A stretch of DNA of 64,000 nt from Alphaproteobacteria bacterium (GCA_965205265.1 CBDBGH010000003.1:3232001-3296000); one strand, 5' to 3'; positions 1 through 9,561 are shown, counted from the stretch's first letter. Made by a program: numbers and translations. Notes: generated by a model from the letters alone, not told the origin.

Positions 1-267
1 ACCGGCACGATCATCGGTATGGCCCGGGCGCTCGGCGAACTCGCGCCGCTTATCATGATCGGCATGGTCGCCTTCATCGTGGACGTGCCCCAGGGCCCGC
101 TCGATCCCGCCTCCGCCCTGCCGGTGCAGGTCTATATCTGGGCGGACAGCCCGGAACGCGCCTTCGCCGAGAAGACCGCCGCAGCTATCATCGTCCTCTT
201 GGCGTTCCTGATCGCCATGAACCTGACGGCCGTCATTCTGCGCCGGCGCTTCGAACGCCGCTGGTAG
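1..267 (+). CDS. pstA: Phosphate ABC transporter permease PstA (3' part, truncated by window edge)
   Basis: [17 protein letters not shown]...[17 protein letters not shown] typical PstA C-terminus; directly upstream of pstB. Confidence 0.93.
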   Translation, partial: TGTIIGMARALGELAPLIMIGMVAFIVDVPQGPLDPASALPVQVYIWADSPERAFAEKTAAAIIVLLAFLIAMNLTAVILRRRFERRW

Positions 268-281
268 GAGGCCCGACCCTG

Positions 282-1061
282 TTGAACACGACCTCCGGCA
301 ACCTTGTGCCCAAGCTGACGGCGCGCGGCGTCAACGTCTTCTACGACGATGCGCATGCCCTGAAGCAGGTCGATCTCGACATCCGCGCCCATGAGGTCAC
401 GGCGCTGATCGGCCCGTCCGGTTGCGGCAAGTCCACCTTCCTGCGTTGCCTCAACCGGATGAACGACCTGATCGGGATCTGCCGGGTGGAGGGCGACATC
501 CGCCTGGACGGCGAGGACATCTACGACCCGGCTGTGGACCTCGTCTATCTCCGCGCCCGCATCGGCATGGTGTTCCAGAAGCCCAACCCGTTCCCGAAGT
601 CGATCTACGACAATGTCGCCTACGGGCCGAAAATCCACGGGCTGGCGCGCTCGCGCGGCGACATGGACGAGACCGTCGCGTCGAGCCTGGAGCGCGCCGG
701 CCTTTGGGAAGAGGTGAAGGACCGGCTGGAGGCGCCGGCGACAGGGCTCTCGGGCGGGCAGCAGCAGCGCCTCTGCATCGCGCGGGCCATTGCGGTGAGG
801 CCGGAAGTCATCCTGATGGACGAGCCTTGCTCCTCCCTCGACCCCATCGCCACCGCGCGCATCGAGGCGCTGATCGACGAGCTCAAGCAGAACTTCACCA
901 TCGTGGTCGTGACCCACTCCATGCAGCAGGCGGCGCGCGTCTCTCAGCGCACGGCCTTCTTCCATCTGGGCGACCTGGTCGAGGTCGGCGACACCGACAC
1001 CGTGTTCACCCAACCTGTCGATCCGCGCACGGAAGCCTATATTTCAGGCCGTATCGGCTGA
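282..1061 (+). CDS. pstB: Phosphate ABC transporter ATP-binding protein PstB
   Basis: Walker [50 protein letters not shown]. Confidence 0.97.
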   Translation: MNTTSGNLVPKLTARGVNVFYDDAHALKQVDLDIRAHEVTALIGPSGCGKSTFLRCLNRMNDLIGICRVEGDIRLDGEDIYDPAVDLVYLRARIGMVFQKPNPFPKSIYDNVAYGPKIHGLARSRGDMDETVASSLERAGLWEEVKDRLEAPATGLSGGQQQRLCIARAIAVRPEVILMDEPCSSLDPIATARIEALIDELKQNFTIVVVTHSMQQAARVSQRTAFFHLGDLVEVGDTDTVFTQPVDPRTEAYISGRIG

Positions 1062-1084
1062 CGGAGGACGGGAGGGAGCGTCCC

Positions 1085-1804
1085 ATGAACGACCGCGCCG
1101 AGCATATCTCCAAGGCCTTCGACGAAGAATTGCGCCAGCTCGACAACCGGCTGGCCGAAATGGGCGGCATGGTGGAGGCGCAGCTGGCCGGCGCCGTGGA
1201 AGCCCTCAGGCGCGGCAATACCGAACTCGCCGAGCAGGTCGTCGCCCGCGACAGGGATATCGACGCCCTCGACATCGAAATCGACCTGTTCAGCGTGCGC
1301 CTCGTGGCGTTGCGCCAGCCGGTCGCCGCGGACCTCAGGACGATCTTCGCCGCCATCCGGATCTCTTCCGATCTGGAGCGGATCGGCGACATGGCCAAAA
1401 ACATCGCCAAGCGGACGCATGCGGTAAGCCGTTTTCCGCCGCTCGCGACGACGGCCTCCATCGCCTCCATGGCGCGCGTGGTGCAGACGATGATCAAGCA
1501 GGTCCTGGATGCCTGGACCGCCCGCGACACCGAGGCCGCAGCGGATGTGTTCGCCCGCGATACCGAGGTGGACCAGCACTATGCGAGCCTGTTCCGCGAA
1601 CTCCTGACCTACATGATGGAAGACCCGCGCAATATCGGGCCCTGCACCCATCTGCTGTTCGTCGCCAAGAACCTGGAGCGCGTCGGCGACCACACGACCA
1701 ATATCGCCGAGCAGATCGGCTATGCCGTGCTCGGCACACGGCCGTCGGACCGCGAAACGCACGATCCGACCAACACCCTCGTCCCGGAGGCGGAGGGCCG
1801 ATGA
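1085..1804 (+). CDS. phoU: Phosphate signalling complex protein PhoU
   Basis: EHISKAFDEEL, ALRQPVAADLR, DLERIGD and NLERVGDH repeats; ATG at 1085 after GGGAGG. Confidence 0.96.
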   Translation: MNDRAEHISKAFDEELRQLDNRLAEMGGMVEAQLAGAVEALRRGNTELAEQVVARDRDIDALDIEIDLFSVRLVALRQPVAADLRTIFAAIRISSDLERIGDMAKNIAKRTHAVSRFPPLATTASIASMARVVQTMIKQVLDAWTARDTEAAADVFARDTEVDQHYASLFRELLTYMMEDPRNIGPCTHLLFVAKNLERVGDHTTNIAEQIGYAVLGTRPSDRETHDPTNTLVPEAEGR

Positions 1805-2499
1805 GCGCGGAGCGTCCGCATATCCTTGTCGTTGAGGACGAGGCGCCCATCGTCGAACTGCTGCGCTACAACCTCGAGGCGTCCGGCTATTCGGTGTCGG
1901 TGGCGACGGACGGCGACGAAGCCCTGGAGCGGGTGGCCGAAGACCGGCCGGACGCCGTGTTGCTGGACTGGATGCTGCCCCGCAAGTCGGGACTCGAGGT
2001 CTGCCGGCAGCTGCGCGCGAAGGCGGGAACGCGGATGCTGCCGATCATCCTGCTGACGGCGCGCGGCGAGGAGGCCGACCGGGTGCATGGCCTCGACACC
2101 GGCGCCGACGACTATATCGTCAAGCCGTTCTCGCCGAAGGAGCTGGAGGCGCGCCTCAAGGCGGTGCTGCGCCGGGCGCATCCCGCACTGGTGGAGGAGA
2201 GGCTCGAATATCGGGGCATCGTCATCGACCTCATGCGCCATCGCGTGTCCCGCAACGGGCGCAAGGTGCATCTCGGACCCAGGGAATACCGCCTGCTGCG
2301 CACCTTCATGGAACGGCCGACGCGGGTGCTGACGCGCGGCCAACTGCTCGACATGGTGTGGGGCCGGGACGTCTATGTCGAGGAGCGCACGGTGGATGTC
2401 CACATCCGTCGGCTGCGCAAGGCGCTGAACGGCGAAGGCGAGCCCGACGCGATCCGCACCGTGCGCTCCGGCGGCTACGCGCTCGACCTCGACCGCTGA
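1801..2499 (+). CDS. phoB: Phosphate regulon response regulator PhoB
   Basis: Receiver (VVEDE, LLDWMLP, GADDYIVKPFS) plus winged helix (VWGRDVYVEERTVDVHIRRLRK); ATGA overlap with phoU. Confidence 0.95.
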   Translation: MSAERPHILVVEDEAPIVELLRYNLEASGYSVSVATDGDEALERVAEDRPDAVLLDWMLPRKSGLEVCRQLRAKAGTRMLPIILLTARGEEADRVHGLDTGADDYIVKPFSPKELEARLKAVLRRAHPALVEERLEYRGIVIDLMRHRVSRNGRKVHLGPREYRLLRTFMERPTRVLTRGQLLDMVWGRDVYVEERTVDVHIRRLRKALNGEGEPDAIRTVRSGGYALDLDR

Positions 2500-2574
2500 T
2501 CCGGTTCGCCGCCATCATGGCGGGGCGCCGGAGCCCCGCGCTATAGTGGCGGACCGCCGGAGGAGCGCCTTCGT

Positions 2575-3276
2575 ATGATCGACGCCTATTACTGGCCGAC
2601 CCCGAACGGCTGGAAGATTTCCATCGCGCTTGAGGAGATGGAGCTGGACTACCGCATCGTGCCGGTGAATATCGGCCGCGGCGGCCAGTTCGAACCGGAT
2701 TTCCTGAAGATCAGCCCCAACAACCGCATGCCCGCCATCGTGGACCACGACCCGCCGGGCGGCGGCGCGCCGGTCTCCGTGTTCGAGAGCGGGGCGATCC
2801 TGCTCTACCTGGCGGAGAAGACGGGCCGGTTCCTGCCGACCGGCCTGCGCGGCCGCATGGAGGTGATCGAGTGGGTGATGTGGCAGATGGGCGGCCTCGG
2901 GCCGATGCTGGGGCAGTCCGGCCATTTCCGCTTCTACGCGCCCGAGACCATCCCCTATGCGGTCGAGCGCTACACCAACGAGATGCTGCGGCTCTACGGC
3001 GTGCTGGACCGGCGGCTGGAGGGGCGGGAGTTCATCGCCGGCGACTATTCCATCGCCGACATGGCCTGCTGGCCCTGGGTCATCACCTACAAGCGCCAGG
3101 AGGTCGATCTCGACAGCTTCCCGAATGTTAAGCGCTGGTACAAGGGCCTCCAGCAGCGCCCGGCGCTCCGGCGCGGCTATGAGGTCGGGCGCGAGTTCGG
3201 CAGGCCGACCGGCCAGTGGGACGAAGAGGCCCGCAAGCATCTCTACGCCCATCCCAATCCCGGAGCGGCGCAATGA
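2575..3276 (+). CDS. Glutathione S-transferase, YfcG/nu-class-like
   Basis: YWPTPNGWK, ISPNNRMPAI, FESGAILLYLAEK, YSIADMACWPW. Confidence 0.92.
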   Translation: MIDAYYWPTPNGWKISIALEEMELDYRIVPVNIGRGGQFEPDFLKISPNNRMPAIVDHDPPGGGAPVSVFESGAILLYLAEKTGRFLPTGLRGRMEVIEWVMWQMGGLGPMLGQSGHFRFYAPETIPYAVERYTNEMLRLYGVLDRRLEGREFIAGDYSIADMACWPWVITYKRQEVDLDSFPNVKRWYKGLQQRPALRRGYEVGREFGRPTGQWDEEARKHLYAHPNPGAAQ

Positions 3277-3740
3277 TCGAGATCAACGGCATGGCGCATG
3301 TCATCCTGACCGTGAGCCGGTTCGAGGAGGCGCGCGAATTCTACTGCGGGCTCCTGCCCTTCCTCGGCCTGCAGAAGGTCTATGACGGCAACAACTTCGT
3401 CTATCACGTAGGCGGGCGCACCGCGCTCGGCATCCAGCGCCCGGCGCCGGAATATGAGGGCGAACGCTTCGAGCAGAACCGGGTCGGGCTCCACCATCTC
3501 TGCTTCCGGGCGCGCTCGCGCGAGGATGTGGACGAGGCGGCGGCGAGGGTCCGCGAGCTCGGCGGGAAGATCGACCGCGGCCCTCTGGAGGGCGATTTCG
3601 CGCCCGGCTATTACTATTTCGTCTTCGAGGACCCGGACGGTATCCGGCTGGAAATCAACTATGTCCCCGGCAAGGGCCTGCTCGCCACGGAGACGCCCAT
3701 GTCCCCGAGCGACGACCCCGACTGGGACCAGAACCCGTAA
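3273..3740 (+). CDS. VOC/glyoxalase family protein
   Basis: GMAHVILTV, GLHHLCF, YYFVFEDPDGIRLE; ATGA-coupled to the GST gene. Confidence 0.88.
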   Translation: MIEINGMAHVILTVSRFEEAREFYCGLLPFLGLQKVYDGNNFVYHVGGRTALGIQRPAPEYEGERFEQNRVGLHHLCFRARSREDVDEAAARVRELGGKIDRGPLEGDFAPGYYYFVFEDPDGIRLEINYVPGKGLLATETPMSPSDDPDWDQNP

Positions 3741-3782
3741 GGCGAAACCGCCTTGCCGGCAACCGGACAGGGATATCGAACC

Positions 3783-4547
3783 ATGCGTTTCTGGATCGTT
3801 TCGGCCTTTGCGCTCCTGTTTGCCACCGGGGCGGCGGCGGCTCCGCCGGTCGAGTGGACCTCGGAGGAAAGCGCGGCGCGCTTCGCAAGTTCGTCGCACA
3901 AGGCGGACTTCTTCCCCCTCAGCAACCACTTCGTCAGCCAGGACAACAGGATCTATTGCGGCCCGGCCTCGTCGGCGATCGTGCTGAACGCGCTCCGGCT
4001 GGGCAAGCGCGAGGGGCTGCCGCAGGACCGCCGCCCCATTGCCGCCGAGGACATGGCATGGCTGCCCGACGGCTTCGACCCGTTCCTCGGCAAATACACG
4101 CCGAACAACGTGCTGATCGCGGGCACGAAGAGCGTGGTCGAGGTTCTCGGCAAGCCCATCGAAATCGAGGGGGAGTGGAAGAAGGATTTCGGCCTGCAAC
4201 TGCATCAGCTCGCGCAGGTGCTCCGCGCGCACGGGCTCACCGTGACGATACGGGTCGTGGACGACGGCGCGGCGGCGGCGCCGCTCGTCGAAGAACTTGC
4301 CCGGAACCTCGCAACCCGCGACGACTATGTGCTCGTCAACTACGCCCGCAAGGCGCTCGGCCAGACGGGCGGCGGGCACATCTCGCCGCTCGCCGCCTAT
4401 GACCGCGCCAGCGATTCCTTCCTCATCATGGATGTGAACCCGAACCGGGCGCCCTGGGTCTGGGTCGGCGCGGCCGACCTTATCGCCGCCATGCGCACCT
4501 TCGACACCGTCGAGAACCGGGGCTACCTGCTCATATCCGATCCCTGA
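3783..4547 (+). CDS. Phytochelatin synthase family protein (prokaryotic type, signal peptide)
   Basis: Q..YCGPAS (Cys), GGGHISPLAAY (His), IMDV (Asp) triad; ENRGY; N-terminal hydrophobic leader. Confidence 0.88.
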   Translation: MRFWIVSAFALLFATGAAAAPPVEWTSEESAARFASSSHKADFFPLSNHFVSQDNRIYCGPASSAIVLNALRLGKREGLPQDRRPIAAEDMAWLPDGFDPFLGKYTPNNVLIAGTKSVVEVLGKPIEIEGEWKKDFGLQLHQLAQVLRAHGLTVTIRVVDDGAAAAPLVEELARNLATRDDYVLVNYARKALGQTGGGHISPLAAYDRASDSFLIMDVNPNRAPWVWVGAADLIAAMRTFDTVENRGYLLISDP

Positions 4548-4560
4548 CGCGCGCAGTCCC

Positions 4561-5013
4561 TTACCCGGGCAGCGAGTCGAGGAAGCCCTGGAGGATATAG
4601 ACTGCCGCCAGCGTGTCCTTGGCGGCGCGGCGGCGGCGGCGGGTTGCGTCGTCGGCCAGCATGGCGCGCTCGACCGCGTTGGTGGAGAAGCGCTCGTCCC
4701 ACATCAGCGCCGGCAGGTCGCGGTGCGCCATCAGGTTCACCGCGAACTGGCGCACCTGCCGGGCGCGCCTGCCTTCGCGGCCGTCGAGGTCGAGCGGCAA
4801 CCCGACCACCAGCGCCGCGGCGCCGCGCTCGTCGAGCGCCGCCAGCAGCATCGCCGCCGTGTCCGCAAACCGCTTCGCGCGGCGCACGGTCCCCGCCGGG
4901 GAGGCCACGCGCCGGTCCGGGTCCGAGACCGCAAGCCCGACCGTCCGGTCCCCCACATCCAGCGCCAGCAGCCGCCCGGCAGCCGGCAGGTCCTCAGCTT
5001 CGACGAAGGGCAT
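4561..5013 (-). CDS. ruvX: Holliday junction resolvase-like / pre-16S rRNA nuclease RuvX (YqgF)
   Basis: LLALDVGDRTVGLAVSD, VVGLP, WDERFST, D.LAAVYILQGFLD. Confidence 0.93.
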   Translation of the reverse strand: MPFVEAEDLPAAGRLLALDVGDRTVGLAVSDPDRRVASPAGTVRRAKRFADTAAMLLAALDERGAAALVVGLPLDLDGREGRRARQVRQFAVNLMAHRDLPALMWDERFSTNAVERAMLADDATRRRRRAAKDTLAAVYILQGFLDSLPG

Positions 5014-5423
5014 GGGCCGTGCCGTTCCCCTTCCCTTACTTCCGGCCGTCGTGGCGACGCCGGTTTCCGACGGGGCTTGCCAGACCGGTCAGGGGATCAG
5101 TTTGACGGCGGCGAGCAGGACGGCATTGGCGGCGATCACAATGCCGACGAGCCGCCAGCCGAGAGAGGACATGCGCTCCATCAGGTCCGTCTTGAGAACG
5201 GCGAGCGCGGCTTCCAGTTCCGGGCGCGTAACCGGATCGCCGGCGTCGGAGGCGATCCTGAGCTGGGCGGCGAGAACCTTGGCGGCTTTGCGGTCGATGC
5301 CGGCGTTCTCGATCGCCTCTGCGGCGGCGAGCGTGTCGAACTGTGCGGCCATGAAGGTATCCTGTCCTGTGGGATGAGTCGGTGTCAAGCTGCCGGCAGG
5401 TCCTCAGCTTCGACGAAGGGCAT
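4982..5423. repeat. 32-bp direct repeat (4982-5013 and 5392-5423) equal to the first 11 codons of ruvX, flanking a small gene
   Basis: GCCGGCAGGTCCTCAGCTTCGACGAAGGGCAT read at both positions. Confidence 0.92.
5089..5352 (-). CDS. Small DUF1640/CCDC90-like coiled-coil protein with C-terminal TM helix
   Basis: FDTLAAAEAIENAGI..., VTRPELE..LKTDL, hydrophobic tail ending in KL. Confidence 0.55.
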   Translation of the reverse strand: MAAQFDTLAAAEAIENAGIDRKAAKVLAAQLRIASDAGDPVTRPELEAALAVLKTDLMERMSSLGWRLVGIVIAANAVLLAAVKLIP

Positions 5424-5427
5424 CGCT

Positions 5428-5724
5428 TCAGTTCGCAACGCCCTTGCTGGCATGGAGCCGGTCTCGCAACTCATGGCAGTCAACGATGACGCGCTTGCAG
5501 CGATAAAGGAGACGATGCTCTTGTTGATCGGAGTAACCCGTCGGTCTTCCGTCTTTCTTTCTCACTACCCAAGATGCTTGCGGTCGAATGTTTCCTAGAT
5601 ACTTACCAACGCTCTGTGCTGGGACGCCGATCACACCACCGACTGCACCATATGTTGCCCGAATGCAGTTGGCGTTCAGGTAGCAAAGAACTTCGTCGGC
5701 CGTGCACTGTTTATCGGAAGACAT
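5428..5724 (-). CDS. Hypothetical protein resembling the MGMT/ATL DNA-binding domain, without the PCHR motif
   Basis: ATYGAVGGVIGVPAQSVGKYL resembles the Ogt HTH; TGATG-coupled to the monooxygenase stop; visibly lower GC. Confidence 0.45.
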   Translation of the reverse strand: MSSDKQCTADEVLCYLNANCIRATYGAVGGVIGVPAQSVGKYLGNIRPQASWVVRKKDGRPTGYSDQQEHRLLYRCKRVIVDCHELRDRLHASKGVAN

Positions 5725-6179
5725 CAATCCTCCTGTGCCAGCAATTCGCGCTGCGTCCTGCCTTTGTATTCGGTGCGGAAGCGGCCGCGGCGCTGGAGGA
5801 TGGGCACCACCCGGTCCACGAACTCCTCAATGGCGCCCGGGCTGTAGATCGAGGAGAGCATGAAGCCGTCGCCGCCGGCCCGGTCGAAAAACGCCTCCAT
5901 CTGGTCCGCGACGCTCTCCGGCGTGCCGACGAATTGCGGCAGGCTCACGCTCTGCCCGTGGCGGCGCGCGACCTCCGCCAGGGTCATCGGCGTGCCGTCC
6001 TTCTTGCGGAAGCGCGTGCGCATGCGCACCAGCTCCGGCTCCGGGCGCTCCAGCATGATGTCGTCGTCGCCGATCCCGGCGAGGTCCATGTTGAGATGGG
6101 CGGAGAGGATGGCCTTCCCCCCCTCGACCGGCACCAGCTCGTTGTGTTCCTCCTGCTTCTCGCGCGCATGCGCCTCGCT
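5724..6179 (-). pseudogene. Duplicated 3' fragment of the NtaA/DmoA monooxygenase (long target duplication of the IS)
   Basis: 5726-6179 matches 8096-8549; retains the original stop codon at 5724-5726. Confidence 0.9.
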
Positions 6180-8095
6180 CCTGACTTCGACGGTTGGGCT
6201 GACTTCTGACCGATCTCGCGTCTGGAGTTTTCAGTAAAGCCAATGAGTTGGCAGTTGCGGTGCGGTCAAGCTGCGTTGTAGTGCCTAGTAAATCTTTGAG
6301 ACTGTCAATGCCTCCGCCACGCGCTACACTCCCCCCATGTTCGTGCGCATCAAGACCTCCCCCAACAGCCCGCGACGCTCGGTCCAGATCGTCGAGGCCG
6401 TGCGCGACGGCGGCAAGGTCCGACAGCGCATCGTCCGCCATGTCGGCGTGGCCATGGACGAGGACGAGCTCGAGCGCCTGAGGCAGCTCGGCGAGTACGT
6501 CAAGGCGAAGCTGGAGGACGAGCGTCAGCCGGCATTGTTTGCGCCCGAGAAGATCGCTGAGCAGGCGATCCGTGTCGGCCGCCGGGGGGACGGCAAGGAG
6601 GAACTCCCGGTCGACCTCAAGCAGCTTGAAGAGGAGCAGCGCCTGATCACAGGCATCCACGAGGTCTATGGCGAGATCTACCGGCTGCTGGGCCTCGACG
6701 CGCTGCTGCCGCGCTCGCGCTACCGGGCCTCCCATGACGCGCTGTTCCATGTGGTGATGGCGCGGGTAGCCAACCCCGACAGCAAGCGGGGCAGCGTGCG
6801 CCGGCTCGAGGAGGACTTCGGCGTGAGTCTTCCGCTCGAGAAGGTCTACCGGATGATGGATCAGCTCGACGCGACGGTGATCGAGCGACTGCGCACGCGC
6901 GTCGGCGAGGCGAGCCGGTCGCTGCTGCCGGAGCCGGTCGCGATCCTCTTCTTCGATTGCACCACGCTCTACTTCGAGACGGCCGCCGAGGACGAGCTTC
7001 GCCAGCACGGCTTCAGCAAGGACGGCAAACACAAGGACTCGCAGGTTCTGCTGGCGCTGATGGTGACGCGCGAAGGGCTGCCGATCAGCTACGAGGTCTT
7101 CCCCGGCGCCACCTACGAGGGACACAGCATGGTCCCGGTCCTGCAGGACATGCAGCGCCGCCACCAGGTGGAGCGCACGGTATGCGTGGCCGACCGGGGC
7201 ATGCTGAGCGCCGACAACCTCGACGCCATGGACGCCATCGGCGGCGAGTATGTCGTCGGCGCGCGGCTGCGCAAGCTGCCGCTCGCGCTGCTGGGGCAGG
7301 TTCTCGACCCCGGGACCTATGCCCCGCTGGAGGGCTCACAGGACCGCCGGGTCGGCGAGTGGGAGTACAAGGGCCGTCGCCTGATCGTCGTCTTCTGCCC
7401 CCAGCGCGCACGCAAGGACGCGCACGAGCGCCGCCATCAGGTGGAACGCCTGCTCGACAGGCTGGCCCGCAGCGACAATCCCAGGGAACTGCTCTCCAAT
7501 CACGGGGCGAAGCGCTTCATCGCCGTCGAGGGCGACGCACGGCTCACGGTGAACCCGGAGAAGATCGCCGAGGCCGCACGATGGGACGGGCTCACCGGCG
7601 TCATCACCAATCTGCGCGACGCGCGCGTCACCGAAGTGATGGCTCACTACCAGGGGCTCTGGCAGGTCGAGGAGAGCTTCCGGATCACCAAACACGACCT
7701 GAAGATACGTCCCATCTGGCACTGGAACCCGGACCGGATCCGCGCTCACATCGCCATCGCCTTCCTGGCCTTCGCCTGCGTTCGACACCTTGCGTACCGC
7801 GTCGCCATCCAGAAGCGGCGGATGTCCCCGGAGGTCATCCGCTCCGCCCTCGTCCACCGCCAGTGCTCCCTGCTGCGCTGTCGGCAATCGGGCAACCGCT
7901 ACGTCATCCCCTCGAAGCCGACACCGGCGGCGGAGCAGATTTACGCAACCATGGGGCTGCCCCTGACGATCACCCCGTATCAACTCGCCTGACCGTCGAC
8001 GAAGCACGGCTCGAAGAAATGCCGGATGTAGTGCCTAGCCGAAATGAGAACCAGGCAATATCAACTACTTATGCGAATCAACCGTCGAAGTCAGG
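6180..8095 (+). mobile_element. IS1634-family insertion sequence, 1916 bp, copy 1
   Basis: Perfect 17-bp terminal IRs CCTGACTTCGACGGTTG (6180-6196, 8079-8095); 454-bp flanking direct repeats; second copy at 17125-19040. Confidence 0.93.
6337..7992 (+). CDS. IS1634-family DDE transposase
   Basis: FFDCTTLYFE, GFSKDGK, VADRGM, LWQVEESFRITKHDLKIRPIWHW. Confidence 0.93.
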   Translation: MFVRIKTSPNSPRRSVQIVEAVRDGGKVRQRIVRHVGVAMDEDELERLRQLGEYVKAKLEDERQPALFAPEKIAEQAIRVGRRGDGKEELPVDLKQLEEEQRLITGIHEVYGEIYRLLGLDALLPRSRYRASHDALFHVVMARVANPDSKRGSVRRLEEDFGVSLPLEKVYRMMDQLDATVIERLRTRVGEASRSLLPEPVAILFFDCTTLYFETAAEDELRQHGFSKDGKHKDSQVLLALMVTREGLPISYEVFPGATYEGHSMVPVLQDMQRRHQVERTVCVADRGMLSADNLDAMDAIGGEYVVGARLRKLPLALLGQVLDPGTYAPLEGSQDRRVGEWEYKGRRLIVVFCPQRARKDAHERRHQVERLLDRLARSDNPRELLSNHGAKRFIAVEGDARLTVNPEKIAEAARWDGLTGVITNLRDARVTEVMAHYQGLWQVEESFRITKHDLKIRPIWHWNPDRIRAHIAIAFLAFACVRHLAYRVAIQKRRMSPEVIRSALVHRQCSLLRCRQSGNRYVIPSKPTPAAEQIYATMGLPLTITPYQLA

Positions 8096-9413
8096 AATCC
8101 TCCTGTGCCAGCAATTCGCGCTGCGTCCTGCCTTTGTATTCGGTGCGGAAGCGGCCGCGGCGCTGGAGGATGGGCACCACCCGGTCCACGAACTCCTCAA
8201 TGGCGCCCGGGCTGTAGATCGAGGAGAGCATGAAGCCGTCGCCGCCGGCCCGGTCGAAAAACGCCTCCATCTGGTCCGCGACGCTCTCCGGCGTGCCGAC
8301 GAATTGCGGCAGGCTCACGCTCTGCCCGTGGCGGCGCGCGACCTCCGCCAGGGTCATCGGCGTGCCGTCCTTCTTGCGGAAGCGCGTGCGCATGCGCACC
8401 AGCTCCGGCTCCGGGCGCTCCAGCATGATGTCGTCGTCGCCGATCCCGGCGAGGTCCATGTTGAGATGGGCGGAGAGGATGGCCTTCCCCCCCTCGACCG
8501 GCACCAGCTCGTTGTGTTCCTCCTGCTTCTCGCGCGCATGCGCCTCGCTCTCGCCCAGGATGGGCTGCATGCCGAACAGGATGCGGCAGGCCTCCGGCGG
8601 GCGGCCGAAGGACGCCATGCGCTCCTTGATGTCGGAAAGATAGGCGCCTGCGTCCTCGGCCCGCGGCTGGATGGCGAACACGGCGTCGGCGTAGCGCGCG
8701 GCGAAGTCGCGCCCGCCGGGCGAGGTGCCGGCCTGGAGGATCGCCGGGCCGTTCTGCGGCGAGCGCACCACGTTGAGCGGCCCGCGCGAGCGGAAGAACT
8801 CGCCCTCATGCTCGATCCGGCGCACCTTCGAGGCATCGGCGAAGCGCGCGCCCTCGCGGTCCAGCAGCACGGCGTCCTCGTCCCAGCTGTTCCAGAGCTT
8901 GCGGCAGACCTGCATGTATTCGTGCGCGCGCTCGTAGCGGCGCTCCGTCGCCTCGCGCTCGACGCCGTAATTGGCGGCCTGGTTGCTGTTGATGGAGGTC
9001 ACCACATTCCAGCCGGCGCGGCCGGAGGTCATGTGGTCGAGCGTCGCCCAGAGGCGCGCGGCGTAGAAGGGATGCTGGTTCGAGACCGAGAAAGTCGCCG
9101 CGAGCCCGATGCGCTCCGTCACCGCGCCGAGCCAGCCGAGCAGCGGCACCGGGTCGTGCTCGGGCGCCTGCACGGCGTAGCGCAGCGAGGGCTCCAGCGA
9201 GCCCTGGTAGGTGTCCGAGATGTAGTTGAGGTCGGCGAAGAACACCATGTCGAACAGGCCGCGCTCGCAGGTGCGCGCGATATGCTCGTAGAGGCCCGGC
9301 CGGGCCCAGTCCCAGGAGGGGTCGGTCTTCGGGTGCCGCCACATGGCGAGGCTGTGATAGGTCGGCCCGTGCGTCAGGAACTGGGCCAGGTGCATTTTCC
9401 CGCCGCGCGCCAC
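8091..9413 (-). CDS. NtaA/DmoA/SnaA family FMN-dependent monooxygenase (LLM class)
   Basis: ERGLFDMVFFAD, LDHMTSGRAGWNVVTS, RSPQNGPAILQAGTS, FAARYADAVF; stop codon now lies inside the IS terminal repeat. Confidence 0.92.
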   Translation of the reverse strand: MARGGKMHLAQFLTHGPTYHSLAMWRHPKTDPSWDWARPGLYEHIARTCERGLFDMVFFADLNYISDTYQGSLEPSLRYAVQAPEHDPVPLLGWLGAVTERIGLAATFSVSNQHPFYAARLWATLDHMTSGRAGWNVVTSINSNQAANYGVEREATERRYERAHEYMQVCRKLWNSWDEDAVLLDREGARFADASKVRRIEHEGEFFRSRGPLNVVRSPQNGPAILQAGTSPGGRDFAARYADAVFAIQPRAEDAGAYLSDIKERMASFGRPPEACRILFGMQPILGESEAHAREKQEEHNELVPVEGGKAILSAHLNMDLAGIGDDDIMLERPEPELVRMRTRFRKKDGTPMTLAEVARRHGQSVSLPQFVGTPESVADQMEAFFDRAGGDGFMLSSIYSPGAIEEFVDRVVPILQRRGRFRTEYKGRTQRELLAQEDS

Positions 9414-9472
9414 CGGGCCCCCCTAGCCGTCCGCCAGCGGCGCAACCGCCGTCCGGCGTTCCGGCCCTCTTC

Positions 9473-9561
9473 CCGTCATGCCCGGACTTGTTCCGGGCAT
9501 CCACTTCCACCGCTGCGATGGCCCCCGAGGGAGATGCCCGGAACAAGTCCGGGCGTGACGG
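9473..9561. repeat. REP-like palindromic element (GTCATGCCCGGACTTGTTCCGGGCATC type)
   Basis: 29-bp inverted arms 9473-9501 and 9533-9561; related copy at 54691-54779. Confidence 0.8.
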
